Shown in pieces: positions 8,934 through 17,641 of a stretch of DNA of 64,000 bases (position 1 is the stretch's first letter; each line of letters opens with the position of its first letter). This DNA is from a virus (Duplodnaviria; Caudoviricetes), in IMG/VR virus record IMGVR_UViG_3300021978_000001, positions 320,001 through 384,000 of that record. One strand, given 5' to 3'. Under the pieces are notes generated by a model. The model saw nothing but the letters and a program-made list of their open reading frames with translations, ran no database searches and was not told where the DNA came from. Both the position numbers and the translations under genes were made by a program.

Positions 8934-10091
8934 ATGACAGATCCAACAAACAATCCTGTGCAACCGCCCGCCAACGAACAAGAGACTCGCGAGAAGTGGG
9001 TGGCTCTGATGACACGCCTCACGCAAGATCACGTGAGGCCCTATTCGGAAGGCATGTACTCCCAACTCGAACCCGAGAGCTGGGTCAAGGCTGCGCTCAG
9101 TCACGGTATGTCTCCGGGCTTCGCGTTTATGGTGGCATGGGTCAAGTTTAAACCCGTGATCACGAGCGACATCCTCGACCCTCTCTTCGCGTGTGAAGGA
9201 CCTCTCGACGGACGCGTGATACGCGAGATGCTCGTGCGCGAGATGCACCAGGCATTGCATCGCAGGATGTACGTTGTCGAGGACATGCAGGAAGCGCTCG
9301 CAATCGCGAATCTCACATGCAAGCTCGCAGGTGTCGATGTCCCTGCGGACCCGGAGGTGAACTTCGCACCGTATTTCGAGGAGGAATACAAGACATGGCC
9401 GCGCGAAGTCTTCAAGGAGATCAGTGCGTTTGTCCAGCGAAGCATCCCCGCACCTGTCGAGGAACCTGCCTACGGGCAAATGGGCGCCCTGTTTCTCCAG
9501 GCGAACGGGAGCCGGGTGAGCTTTCAGAATGCAATTTCGTCGATGCCTGAAGGTGTGCAGGGTCCTCTCCTCGAAGCCTGGGATCATTGGGTCGCACACC
9601 AGGCGGCGCGGAAAGAGATGGAGCGCCAGCCTCGCTACGCTGAAGAACCCCCTGTGTTCGAGCCGGAGAACAAGGCGCTCGTGATGGAACAAAACATCAC
9701 GCACGACTGGTGCCTTGCCAAGGTCGAGCACGCCCTCGTCGAAGGGTTCGAGTCAGCGCGCATCGAACATTCCTCTACCGATTGGATCGACACGCTACCT
9801 TCGAGCGCAGAACAGGAGTGGGACGTGGCTGCGCTTCTGGGAGAAGCCTTTATGATGCCAGCGGTCAGCTTCTTGTGGGAAACATTTACAGCAGCTTTCA
9901 TGCAAAACATCCTGGCGCGTGTGTCGTTCGAGGAAGCGATCCCGGCGCTGGACTTCGACGGCGCGCTCCAGTGTCTCTATAATCAACTGGCTGTCTTGAA
10001 CGCCTCAGAACTGGAGCCCCAGTCTAAGGTGGGGACCTACGGGGAGTACATCACGACGCTCACCGAGCTTTGGGAAGGGACACAGGTATGA
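8934..10091 (+). CDS. Hypothetical helical acidic protein
   Basis: Long ORF; AAGGTG RBS before ATG at 8934. Confidence 0.8.
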   Translation: MTDPTNNPVQPPANEQETREKWVALMTRLTQDHVRPYSEGMYSQLEPESWVKAALSHGMSPGFAFMVAWVKFKPVITSDILDPLFACEGPLDGRVIREMLVREMHQALHRRMYVVEDMQEALAIANLTCKLAGVDVPADPEVNFAPYFEEEYKTWPREVFKEISAFVQRSIPAPVEEPAYGQMGALFLQANGSRVSFQNAISSMPEGVQGPLLEAWDHWVAHQAARKEMERQPRYAEEPPVFEPENKALVMEQNITHDWCLAKVEHALVEGFESARIEHSSTDWIDTLPSSAEQEWDVAALLGEAFMMPAVSFLWETFTAAFMQNILARVSFEEAIPALDFDGALQCLYNQLAVLNASELEPQSKVGTYGEYITTLTELWEGTQV

Positions 10092-10645
10092 TCGAAGAGC
10101 ATCGCGAACTCCTGGAGCGCCTGATCACGCATGTGTCAGAGCACCCTGTCGGGGAGCACAAGATCCCGATCACGGGGACGCTCCCTGTGACCCGGAGCGC
10201 TTTCGTGCCTCTATCCGAAACAGATAGGTATGACACGGACAGGGCAGCGCGCGCGTCCCTGGCGCATTTGCTCTACGCGTATGTCGCGACCTTGCCTCAA
10301 GACCTCGATGAGCAACGCCACCGGGCAATCTATACGCTCGCGGCCTTGTTGCATCCGATCACAGGGACAGGTGCGCTCGACTCCTTGCCTCCCCGACGCA
10401 TTCAGCTCGACGCTAACATCGAGGCGCTCGATGCTCTCCCGCATGCGAAGACCTCGGTCGCGTGGCGAAACACAGCCGAGATCGTCGAGAGCATGCGCAG
10501 GCATTACAGCGAGGAGGATTTCGACCCACGCTACGTGTACGCCCTGGCGCACGCGTTCGACGCCGCCTACCAAAAGCCCTCGCGTGATCTCCTGGAGCTG
10601 GCACAATATCGCTATATGCAACGTTGTGACCCAGGACGTACTTGA
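10088..10645 (+). CDS. Hypothetical protein
   Basis: ATGA overlap with the previous stop. Confidence 0.75.
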   Translation: MIEEHRELLERLITHVSEHPVGEHKIPITGTLPVTRSAFVPLSETDRYDTDRAARASLAHLLYAYVATLPQDLDEQRHRAIYTLAALLHPITGTGALDSLPPRRIQLDANIEALDALPHAKTSVAWRNTAEIVESMRRHYSEEDFDPRYVYALAHAFDAAYQKPSRDLLELAQYRYMQRCDPGRT

Positions 10646-10671
10646 CACGCTGTCCTACCTTGTGGTAACAC
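10642..10671 (+). promoter_or_regulatory. Conserved promoter class
   Basis: TTGACA-N18-TAACAC with TGTGG; the -35 overlaps the TGA of 10088-10645. Confidence 0.75.
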
Positions 10672-10711
10672 AACCTCTGTTGAACTGAACCATGACAGAG
10701 GTGTGTTACCA
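10663..10711 (+). promoter_or_regulatory. Inverted repeat spanning the -10 box to the RBS/start codon
   Basis: tggtaacac(a)acctctgt / acagaggt gtgttacca: 17 bp with a 1-nt bulge and 14-nt loop. Confidence 0.7.
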
Positions 10712-10896
10712 TGTCCGAACTTCCATCTACATTCTTTGGGAATGACATCGAAACCGATGGCGTCTTCGTGATACTTCGCCGTCTGGTTCTTCCGGTGTCG
10801 GAAACTACCAAGGAAGAGCGTGACGCAGGTAAAATCGAGATCGTCGAGCATTACGTCGGTGCGGTTCGTAAGGCGTTTCAGACCGCTGGCTTGTGA
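10711..10896 (+). CDS. Small hypothetical protein
   Basis: GAGGT RBS; downstream of promoter. Confidence 0.65.
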   Translation: MSELPSTFFGNDIETDGVFVILRRLVLPVSETTKEERDAGKIEIVEHYVGAVRKAFQTAGL

Positions 10897-10911
10897 CGAA
10901 GGGGCTGACTC

Positions 10912-11229
10912 ATGGGACGTTTGCATCCCGATGTCGAGGTCGATGGGGTTTATGTCACCCTCACGAACCTGACACGTATGGGCATGGGGCCTGTGACCCT
11001 GTGCATTCCAGGTGGAAAGCCTCCAATCCTCAACATTGATTATTGGGATGGCCCCTGCATGCTCCTGTATCCTTTCCCCGATACACGAACGGTCTACGTG
11101 TACGGGCTGCCCGAAATCGACGAAGAGGGCAACCCCTATAGCAAAGAAGAACTAGACGCGGCGTGCGAGAAATACGCTTACGCTGTGCGTATCGCAATTC
11201 AAGAAGCCGGGCTTTGGCGGCGCGGCTAA
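10912..11229 (+). CDS. Hypothetical protein
   Basis: AAGGGG RBS; tiles with neighbours. Confidence 0.7.
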   Translation: MGRLHPDVEVDGVYVTLTNLTRMGMGPVTLCIPGGKPPILNIDYWDGPCMLLYPFPDTRTVYVYGLPEIDEEGNPYSKEELDAACEKYAYAVRIAIQEAGLWRRG

Positions 11230-11258
11230 ACAAAACCCTGGATACAAGAGAGAACCTT

Positions 11259-11873
11259 ATGCATCTGGCACATATCAAGAAAGCACTCGAAGAGGGCACC
11301 ACGGTCGGCATCCTCCACTGCATTCGCTTCAGCAACCTCGAACGCCCCGAGCATGACCTCCCCACGGACCCCCTCGTCTTGACCTGGCCCTGTCCCGCCA
11401 AGATCAAGGAGATCAACCCGTGCCTCAAGCTCGAACCCACGCACCACGATGGAATCTATCAGTATTACAACATCGTCGAGACCGAGGAACCTCAATCGGG
11501 ATGGCATCTTGTCGAGATGCCATGTTGGGTAGACCTCGACGGTCAGCTCGTGACGTCCGAGGTGATCGCTCCCTCGAAAGATATTCGAGAATGGACCTTC
11601 GAGTATGCTTCAAAATGGGAGCGCAAGCATGACATGTTGCTCGACCGCCTCACGAATCATGCGAAGCGCGCGAACGCCAAGGTGCTCGAAGCTGAACTCG
11701 AAGCCTACGAGGAGGAAAACGCGGACGCGATCGAGGCGATGGGCGAGCATTTCTTCGAGGGAGCGGATACCGTGATCGACAAGGGTACGCTCGCGCACCT
11801 GTTGTCTCTGGTCCACGCGGACGCGACGCGGTTTGCACGATTGACCCTGGGTGAGGTATTGTGGAAACCCTGA
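11259..11873 (+). CDS. Hypothetical protein
   Basis: ATG at 11259 after AAGAGAG. Confidence 0.75.
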   Translation: MHLAHIKKALEEGTTVGILHCIRFSNLERPEHDLPTDPLVLTWPCPAKIKEINPCLKLEPTHHDGIYQYYNIVETEEPQSGWHLVEMPCWVDLDGQLVTSEVIAPSKDIREWTFEYASKWERKHDMLLDRLTNHAKRANAKVLEAELEAYEEENADAIEAMGEHFFEGADTVIDKGTLAHLLSLVHADATRFARLTLGEVLWKP

Positions 11874-11913
11874 ACGGTACAGACATCACGAAGACGAAGA
11901 AAGGAAGACGACC

Positions 11914-12972
11914 ATGACTCGACTGATTTCCACTGCCAATGTCCGCAACGCTGTCCTCGATCTCCTGTACAGCGAGCGTTCGACACGTATCCCGAAGTTC
12001 ACGTTCCGCTCGCAGCAGACCTTGCCTCCAGGTAAGCGCTCGAACAACGACCCGAAGTACGTGATCCTCGTGTTCGAGGAGCCGTCCACGCGGACGCACA
12101 AGAGCTTCGAGGTCGCGGCGCGCGCCGAAGGGTGTGAAGTCCTTTCGGTCGGAGGCGGCAGCTCTCTCCTCAAGGGTGAGAGCATGATCGACACCATCGA
12201 GAACCTCATCTCCATTGTGGGCTCCTCGAACGTGGTGGCGGTCGTGACGCGCACCAGGCTCAGGGAGGACCGAACAGAACTCTTGACAAGGTTGGGGATG
12301 TTCTACCCGCAAATTTTTTTCATCAACGCAGGCGATTCAGATGGCCATCACCCGACCCAGGCGCTCGGGGATGCGCTCGCGCTCGCGCGTGCATGGGATG
12401 AGCAGGGAACCCGGACCCGTGAGGAGATCTTTGCGGGTAAGGTCGTGACCCTCATCGGGGATGTGGAAGCCTCCAGGGTCGCGCGCAGCGTTTACGAGCT
12501 GTTCACGCGCCTCGGAATCACGGTCGCCTTCGGTCAAGTCGCCAAGCAAGACATCCGGGGCACCTTCCCAGGTGCCAGGATCTTTGAAACCCGTGATGAA
12601 GCCCTGGAGCAGAGTGACGCGATCATGTGTTTGCGCTACCAGGCCAACCGGATGCGTCCGGGCACGTCCGAGCTGACCGAGGAACTCATGTTTCCTCAGT
12701 GGCGTATCCACGCGCGCGACCTCGAAGACTCTCCCGACCTCTTGCTCATGCACCCTGGCCCCGTGATGTGGGCGGATCGACCCTCACAAGACCTGATGAT
12801 TATGGAACAGGGGCAGGGTTATCGCGACGGTTGGCTTTCTCATGACTTGCGTGATCATGACCAGTGCATCGTACTCGATCAAGCGCGCGCCTGTGCTGAT
12901 GTCCGGCGTATGCTGCTTGCCATGTGCCACCCCAACCACGCATACAACACGCTCATTCAGGCTTGGGGCTGA
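11914..12972 (+). CDS. pyrB: Aspartate carbamoyltransferase catalytic subunit (divergent)
   Basis: FEEPSTRTHKSFE, SSLLKGESMIDT, INAGD...HPTQAL, GD...SRVARS, RYQ, HPGP: ATCase-type rather than OTCase-type motifs. Confidence 0.9.
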   Translation: MTRLISTANVRNAVLDLLYSERSTRIPKFTFRSQQTLPPGKRSNNDPKYVILVFEEPSTRTHKSFEVAARAEGCEVLSVGGGSSLLKGESMIDTIENLISIVGSSNVVAVVTRTRLREDRTELLTRLGMFYPQIFFINAGDSDGHHPTQALGDALALARAWDEQGTRTREEIFAGKVVTLIGDVEASRVARSVYELFTRLGITVAFGQVAKQDIRGTFPGARIFETRDEALEQSDAIMCLRYQANRMRPGTSELTEELMFPQWRIHARDLEDSPDLLLMHPGPVMWADRPSQDLMIMEQGQGYRDGWLSHDLRDHDQCIVLDQARACADVRRMLLAMCHPNHAYNTLIQAWG

Positions 12973-12981
12973 AAGATTCTC

Positions 12982-13010
12982 TTTACGCCGGGCTTCTGGT
13001 AGGGTATACA
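12982..13010 (+). promoter_or_regulatory. Conserved promoter class (TAGGG variant)
   Basis: TTTACG-N17-TATACA. Confidence 0.7.
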
Positions 13011-13047
13011 CAGAAGTGTACCACGAATGCGACCAGGAGAAGAGGGA

Positions 13048-13581
13048 ATGGGAAGTATGTACGATCAGAGTGAACGGTTTTGCTTGAGCGGCGAGGGCGA
13101 GGAACATCACCACGCCTTCGCCGCGTTGCGGAGCGCCCTGCACCATACAAAAGAAGTCCCGGCTTACACGGTCGAGAACACACCCGCGTGGCTTCGAGGG
13201 CGCTTGACCAAGACAAAGCGCATGCGAGAGCTGGAAGAGTGGCTTCACTGCTATAAGATCGAAGACCCCGAGACCCTGAGCTACATCTTCGCACAGGTGA
13301 GCGCCGAAGAGTTGCTCTCGGTCGTGACCTGGACAGATGAAAGTGATGGCTTGATGACAGGTCGTGCGTATGAGAACGCGCTCAAGTATAGCCTCGATGG
13401 TGTGTTCACGTTACGGCTCGGGGCTACTGTGCTCGCGTCCTTTCCTGCGGTTGAATGGCATCGTATGCTCACGCAAGCGCGCTCGGAAACCTCGGCTCTT
13501 CCTCCCTACCTCGATGGGTACCCCTTGCGAGAGGTCGCGATGATGGTGCTCGAACGCGAGACACGAGAGAAGGTCGCATGA
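13048..13581 (+). CDS. Hypothetical protein, weak FGEVRS-like motif
   Basis: HAFAALRSALH; purine-rich RBS. Confidence 0.7.
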   Translation: MGSMYDQSERFCLSGEGEEHHHAFAALRSALHHTKEVPAYTVENTPAWLRGRLTKTKRMRELEEWLHCYKIEDPETLSYIFAQVSAEELLSVVTWTDESDGLMTGRAYENALKYSLDGVFTLRLGATVLASFPAVEWHRMLTQARSETSALPPYLDGYPLREVAMMVLERETREKVA

Positions 13582-14474
13582 CAGAAGGTCAAAGCAACAG
13601 CGTGGACTTCGGGGAGGTTCGGAGCGCGGTACATACGCCGTATGACCCTGATGACGAAGGTCTCGACCCCTTGTTCGAGGCCCTGACCCTTCCTCGTACC
13701 TCGTGCACGTGGAACACCTTTCCCCATTGGGACTACATCTACCGTTCGGTCTCGTGGGACCGCCTGTGTCAAGCCTTGCGCTGGACGTATCAGACGCGCG
13801 AGGAGGCTCAGGTCACGCGCGAGGAGGCTCAGGTCACGCGCGAGGAGGCTCAGGTCACGCACTCGGACAGCTTCGGGACATGGTTCAAGTGGGTCGAGTA
13901 CGTTTTGATGGTCGAACCCATGAAGTATCGACACACAGACCCGGACGGGTTCCTCGCGTTGCGCCTCGGTTCCTTCGTGCTGGAGGTGACCTCACCGCTC
14001 GGGCTCCACCATAGGTGGATCGACCACATGTTCTCGCGCGCTGAATGGGAGTTCTCGTTGCGCCTGTTCACCAAAGGTGGGGCAGACTCGAAAGAGTTTG
14101 CCGGACTCGTGGGTGAGATCAAGCGCGCGTACTTCAAGGCTTACCGCTCCAAGCTGCATGGAGATCGCTACTTCCACGTGAACGTGCATCGCATGCGAAA
14201 TCGCCTGGAGATGTTGCGAGACTTTACCCAGGAGCGCTTCGACAAGAACGCTTATGGCCGCGCGACCTTTCTGTTCGAGGCGTGCATGGAAGCGCTCGAT
14301 TGTCTTGACGGTGACCCCAGACCCCACCTCAAGCGCCCGAACATCCGCAATAACCTCGAAGCCTTTACCCACATCTACACCATGGCCCACAAGGGAGTCC
14401 GCGAGCTTCGCCTCAAGCAAGAGATCGAGATGAAAGGGTATGCGTTGCAGGGAGACACCTTGCGCAAGACTTGA
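13578..14474 (+). CDS. Hypothetical protein, FG[ED]VRS family, with a TREEAQV x3 repeat
   Basis: ATGA overlap; VDFGEVRSAVH. Confidence 0.8.
   Translation: MTEGQSNSVDFGEVRSAVHTPYDPDDEGLDPLFEALTLPRTSCTWNTFPHWDYIYRSVSWDRLCQALRWTYQTREEAQVTREEAQVTREEAQVTHSDSFGTWFKWVEYVLMVEPMKYRHTDPDGFLALRLGSFVLEVTSPLGLHHRWIDHMFSRAEWEFSLRLFTKGGADSKEFAGLVGEIKRAYFKAYRSKLHGDRYFHVNVHRMRNRLEMLRDFTQERFDKNAYGRATFLFEACMEALDCLDGDPRPHLKRPNIRNNLEAFTHIYTMAHKGVRELRLKQEIEMKGYALQGDTLRKT
13794..13860 (+). repeat. 21-nt tandem repeat x3 (in frame)
   Basis: acgcgcgaggaggctcaggtc x3 plus acgc. Confidence 0.95.
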
Positions 14475-14509
14475 GTTTCTCGCTTGAGTTTCTCGCTTGA
14501 GTTTCTCGC
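14471..14509 (+). repeat. 13-nt tandem repeat x3 at a stop codon/promoter junction
   Basis: ttgagtttctcgc x3, immediately followed by the TTGACG -35 box. Confidence 0.95.
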
Positions 14510-14539
14510 TTGACGCAAGGCTTGGCTTTGTGGTACCAA
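14510..14539 (+). promoter_or_regulatory. Conserved promoter class
   Basis: TTGACG-N18-TACCAA with TGTGG. Confidence 0.7.
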
Positions 14540-14590
14540 GGCTCAGACGCACACGAACGATCGAGATAACACGTACTCAAGGAGAGTGAG

Positions 14591-15145
14591 ATGAGCGTAG
14601 TGACGGACGTGGATACCCTGAGCACCTGGAGCTTTACCAAGCTCGCGACCCTGTTCCATAGGCAACGGCGAAACTTCGACATGAATCGAGAGCGGTACCT
14701 CGAACTGGACCCGGATGCTACCTGGGAGAAGGCTGGTGGGGAGGTCGAAGAGTTATCTGAGAATGCCCGGGGCTTCCAGCAACACGAGATCCTCTTGTTT
14801 CAAGGGAACACCTGGTACGCGTGGCTCGAACGCCACAGGGGTGAGATCGCCGCGCCTTCCGAAGATACCCTCGAAGAAAGCAGGCGCGGGAATGGGGGGC
14901 CGTTGATCGCGATGTTCCTCGCGAAGTTCATGCAAGTGCTGTTGGATGAACACGGGCCAGAGGCCGATCTGGAGGATCAGGAGGATGTGGAGGCTTTGTA
15001 TGTCTGGATCGGTCTGCACATGATCCCTGTACCTCCCGAGTACGCAGGCGGTGATTGGGCGCTGATCTCGGGCGAGCAGATCTTTCGGTTCAACTTCGGT
15101 GGTCTCGTTTCGAGACCTTCGGATGACAGCGAAGGCGAGGCATGA
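14591..15145 (+). CDS. Hypothetical acidic protein
   Basis: AAGGAG RBS. Confidence 0.8.
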   Translation: MSVVTDVDTLSTWSFTKLATLFHRQRRNFDMNRERYLELDPDATWEKAGGEVEELSENARGFQQHEILLFQGNTWYAWLERHRGEIAAPSEDTLEESRRGNGGPLIAMFLAKFMQVLLDEHGPEADLEDQEDVEALYVWIGLHMIPVPPEYAGGDWALISGEQIFRFNFGGLVSRPSDDSEGEA

Positions 15146-15702
15146 GCTTCGAGCATTTCACGACAGGGTTGAACTCGATCTCCTGGGGAGATCTGCGCGC
15201 CATGGTCCACAGCGAAGCCCGGGGATCAGAAGATGCCTTGCTCAAGCTCCCTGGCTTTAGCTTGAGCAAGGAGCAGTTCCACTACGTGTTCGCCAACGTC
15301 ACCATCGAAAGGCTCACGGGGTTCTTGAAGTGGCAGTATCAGGACGGTACCTCCTTGTGTGATCTGCCTTTCGATGGGCAACTGTATACGGACGTGAGCC
15401 TCGTGTGGGGGAACAACCGCGTACTGCGCTTTGACAATGTGGTCCCGGTCTATCTCATGTGCCATGACGCGACGCGGCAACCCCACAAGAGGTTCCAGGG
15501 CCTCCAGGACATGCGTGAGACGCTCGCCAGGTCCGAGGAGGACCCCCAGGGTGCCACTCGGCTGGTGACGTTTATCTCCTATGTCCACCTGGCCTCTCTT
15601 ATCCTCCCCGGGGTCGATCAGCTTCGCCAAGCAACGCGCGAAGTCTTGCGCCTGTGGGCTGCGGATAACGAGGTCTCTTTCCGTGTGTGTGATCATGAGT
15701 GA
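15142..15702 (+). CDS. Hypothetical protein, FGEVRS-like variant
   Basis: ATGA overlap; SWGDLRAMVH. Confidence 0.75.
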   Translation: MSFEHFTTGLNSISWGDLRAMVHSEARGSEDALLKLPGFSLSKEQFHYVFANVTIERLTGFLKWQYQDGTSLCDLPFDGQLYTDVSLVWGNNRVLRFDNVVPVYLMCHDATRQPHKRFQGLQDMRETLARSEEDPQGATRLVTFISYVHLASLILPGVDQLRQATREVLRLWAADNEVSFRVCDHE

Positions 15703-16312
15703 TGTGTTGGATCGTAGCACTGTGTTGGATCGTATCTCGTACTGGCACCCCCTGGACGTGGACTTCGAGGCTTACGTCCAGGAGAACATGATGTGGGTCT
15801 CTACCGAGGATGACAAGGGGCAGTGTGTCTGGCTCGACCGCTTCGAGTACCCGACCCTCACGCATCGTTCCCTTGACGAGTATGCGGAGCGCGTCGATCA
15901 AAGCATGTGGGAGTTGTGGGTACAGCTTACCGAGCCTGACCTCTTCAATCATGAGTGCGTGAGGTTTATCCTCGATATTGGTCCAAGGGATGCGGTGGGA
16001 TACGAGAAGACCCTGTACCTGGCGCCACGTGCTGCCCCTTTGGGAGATCCCACGCTCATCAAGCGCCTGGACTTTACACGCTGGAAGCGCGTGATCTGGC
16101 AATACTGGGACGTGGTGATGGAAGGTCGTGATTGGGACAAGCGCATCTTGAAGGCGTGGTACTCGCTCTGCTTCACGAGTCCCAAGGTCGTGTCCGTTGA
16201 CCTGGCTTACATCCTGGAGTACCCCGAGGAGCAGGAGGGGTATTGTGATGCCCAGGCGCAGTCGTGGGGTGACCTGAGTTGGGCACGCGCGCCATACCAA
16301 CGGCGCGCCTGA
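15695..16312 (+). CDS. Hypothetical protein
   Basis: Overlapping ATG at 15695; duplicated VLDRS/VLDRI near the start. Confidence 0.75.
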   Translation: MSDVLDRSTVLDRISYWHPLDVDFEAYVQENMMWVSTEDDKGQCVWLDRFEYPTLTHRSLDEYAERVDQSMWELWVQLTEPDLFNHECVRFILDIGPRDAVGYEKTLYLAPRAAPLGDPTLIKRLDFTRWKRVIWQYWDVVMEGRDWDKRILKAWYSLCFTSPKVVSVDLAYILEYPEEQEGYCDAQAQSWGDLSWARAPYQRRA

Positions 16313-16323
16313 TTACGCCCCCT

Positions 16324-16435
16324 ATTTTTAGGCAAAAAATGCGACATTTTCCGTGTAGACTAGATTCGCGATTTTTGCCCCAGGCGGACGGGCCGGGGAG
16401 TTAAGCGAGCGGTTCTGGGAAGTTACGGCAAGGCT
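16324..16435. repeat. Bipartite 112-nt non-coding repeat, copy B
   Basis: Homologous to 2558-2669; also lies just after a stop codon. Confidence 0.85.
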
Positions 16436-16705
16436 CAAAATCGCTCTTTTGTTCTCGGGGCCAGACGCAGCGCTGACTGAGATCTGTGCCCACACACTCG
16501 ATCGTTTCCTGTGAGAGAACGGCTGGGGTGCGCTGAAGGTAGGGTGAAGGGGATAAAGAGGCGAGCACGCTCGACGGTGGAATGCGGTCGAGCGTAACGT
16601 CGGACCCGGGGTTTTATCCGAACATCTCCCAGGCGACTCACGCGTGGTGGGAGTCTAAAGGTGTTTCCCTATCAGAAACAATACACCTCTTTTTCCTGCT
16701 TTTGT

Positions 16706-16734
16706 TTGACGTGACCAGATGCCTGTGGTAGGAG
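16706..16734 (+). promoter_or_regulatory. Conserved promoter class
   Basis: TTGACG-N17-TAGGAG with TGTGG. Confidence 0.7.
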
Positions 16735-16745
16735 ATGAAACCTGA

Positions 16746-16780
16746 AAGCGTGAGGCACAAGCGTGAGGCACAAGCGTGAG
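16746..16780 (+). repeat. 13-nt tandem repeat x2.7
   Basis: aagcgtgaggcac x2 plus aagcgtgag. Confidence 0.9.
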
Positions 16781-16843
16781 CTACCCACAACGATACCCAG
16801 AGACACCACACCTACAGACACCACACAAGAGGCGAGACTCGAC

Positions 16844-17641
16844 ATGGGATTGATCAACGACTTCATCCGCCCTGGCGCGGAACACGAAACCATCACACAC
16901 CACTGGCCTTCGATGAACGAGGATGAGAAGAAGGCGTACATGACGTGGCGCCTCGGGATGGTCACGGTCCGTTGTAGCGCATTCATCATGGGGATCATCG
17001 TGCTCACGGCGCCCTACTGCAACGAAACCCAGACCCGGGAAAACATCACCAAGGCGCAGATCGAACAGCCCACGCCTTACGAAGCGTACACGCTGGCCTG
17101 GACACAAGCCAGCAAGACTTGCCTGGTGCAATGCCTCGATCGTGTCCCCGAGTCGCAACGTCAAACCTGCGTCCCGGACTGCGCGCAGCTCGTCAAAGGC
17201 TTCCCGCCTTACCTCTCCGGTCAGCAGCGCTCCGGTCAGCAGGGGACAAGCGAGCGTGCGCGTCGAGAGGATAGCCTGAGAGACAATCAGGGAGACAGCG
17301 CCTCAAGCACATCGAGCACGGAGACATCGAGCACGGAGACACCAGACACAGAGATCAAGCCCGAGAGTGCCCGCGCCGCCTCACCCCTCTCTCTTGGGTG
17401 GGTAGGTGACCTCTTGCAGCGAGGCTCTACCCTGGAACGCAAGAGCCCAGCAGTGAGTCCAGCAGTGAGTCCAGCAGTGAGTCCAGCAGTGAGTCCAGCA
17501 GTGAGTCCAGAAGCCCTGCGATACGAACTCAGGTATGACCCGCTCTTCCCGTACCGAGCGATTCGAGACACCTTCCCTGAGCACCCTACTGGAGATCTTC
17601 CCGAACCCCACGGCCCTCTCGCACCGTACACGGCACCCTGA
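16844..17641 (+). CDS. Membrane-anchored protein with CxxxC/CxxxC domain and Ser/Pro-rich tail; group B tag (MGLINDF)
   Basis: TM-like SAFIMGIIVLTAPYC; CLVQC and CVPDC; PAVS x5. Start 16844 preferred over 16763. Confidence 0.7.
   Translation: MGLINDFIRPGAEHETITHHWPSMNEDEKKAYMTWRLGMVTVRCSAFIMGIIVLTAPYCNETQTRENITKAQIEQPTPYEAYTLAWTQASKTCLVQCLDRVPESQRQTCVPDCAQLVKGFPPYLSGQQRSGQQGTSERARREDSLRDNQGDSASSTSSTETSSTETPDTEIKPESARAASPLSLGWVGDLLQRGSTLERKSPAVSPAVSPAVSPAVSPAVSPEALRYELRYDPLFPYRAIRDTFPEHPTGDLPEPHGPLAPYTAP
17447..17510 (+). repeat. 12-nt tandem repeat x5 (PAVS)
   Basis: ccagcagtgagt x5 plus ccag. Confidence 0.95.

Noticed and set aside
11914-12972. Ornithine carbamoyltransferase
   Set aside because: HPTQ, SRVARS and HPGP are ATCase-type; the OTCase HPCQ and HCLP motifs are absent.
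13794-17510. Short direct-repeat runs as CRISPR arrays
   Set aside because: Units are 12-21 nt, head to tail with no spacers, and no cas genes are present.
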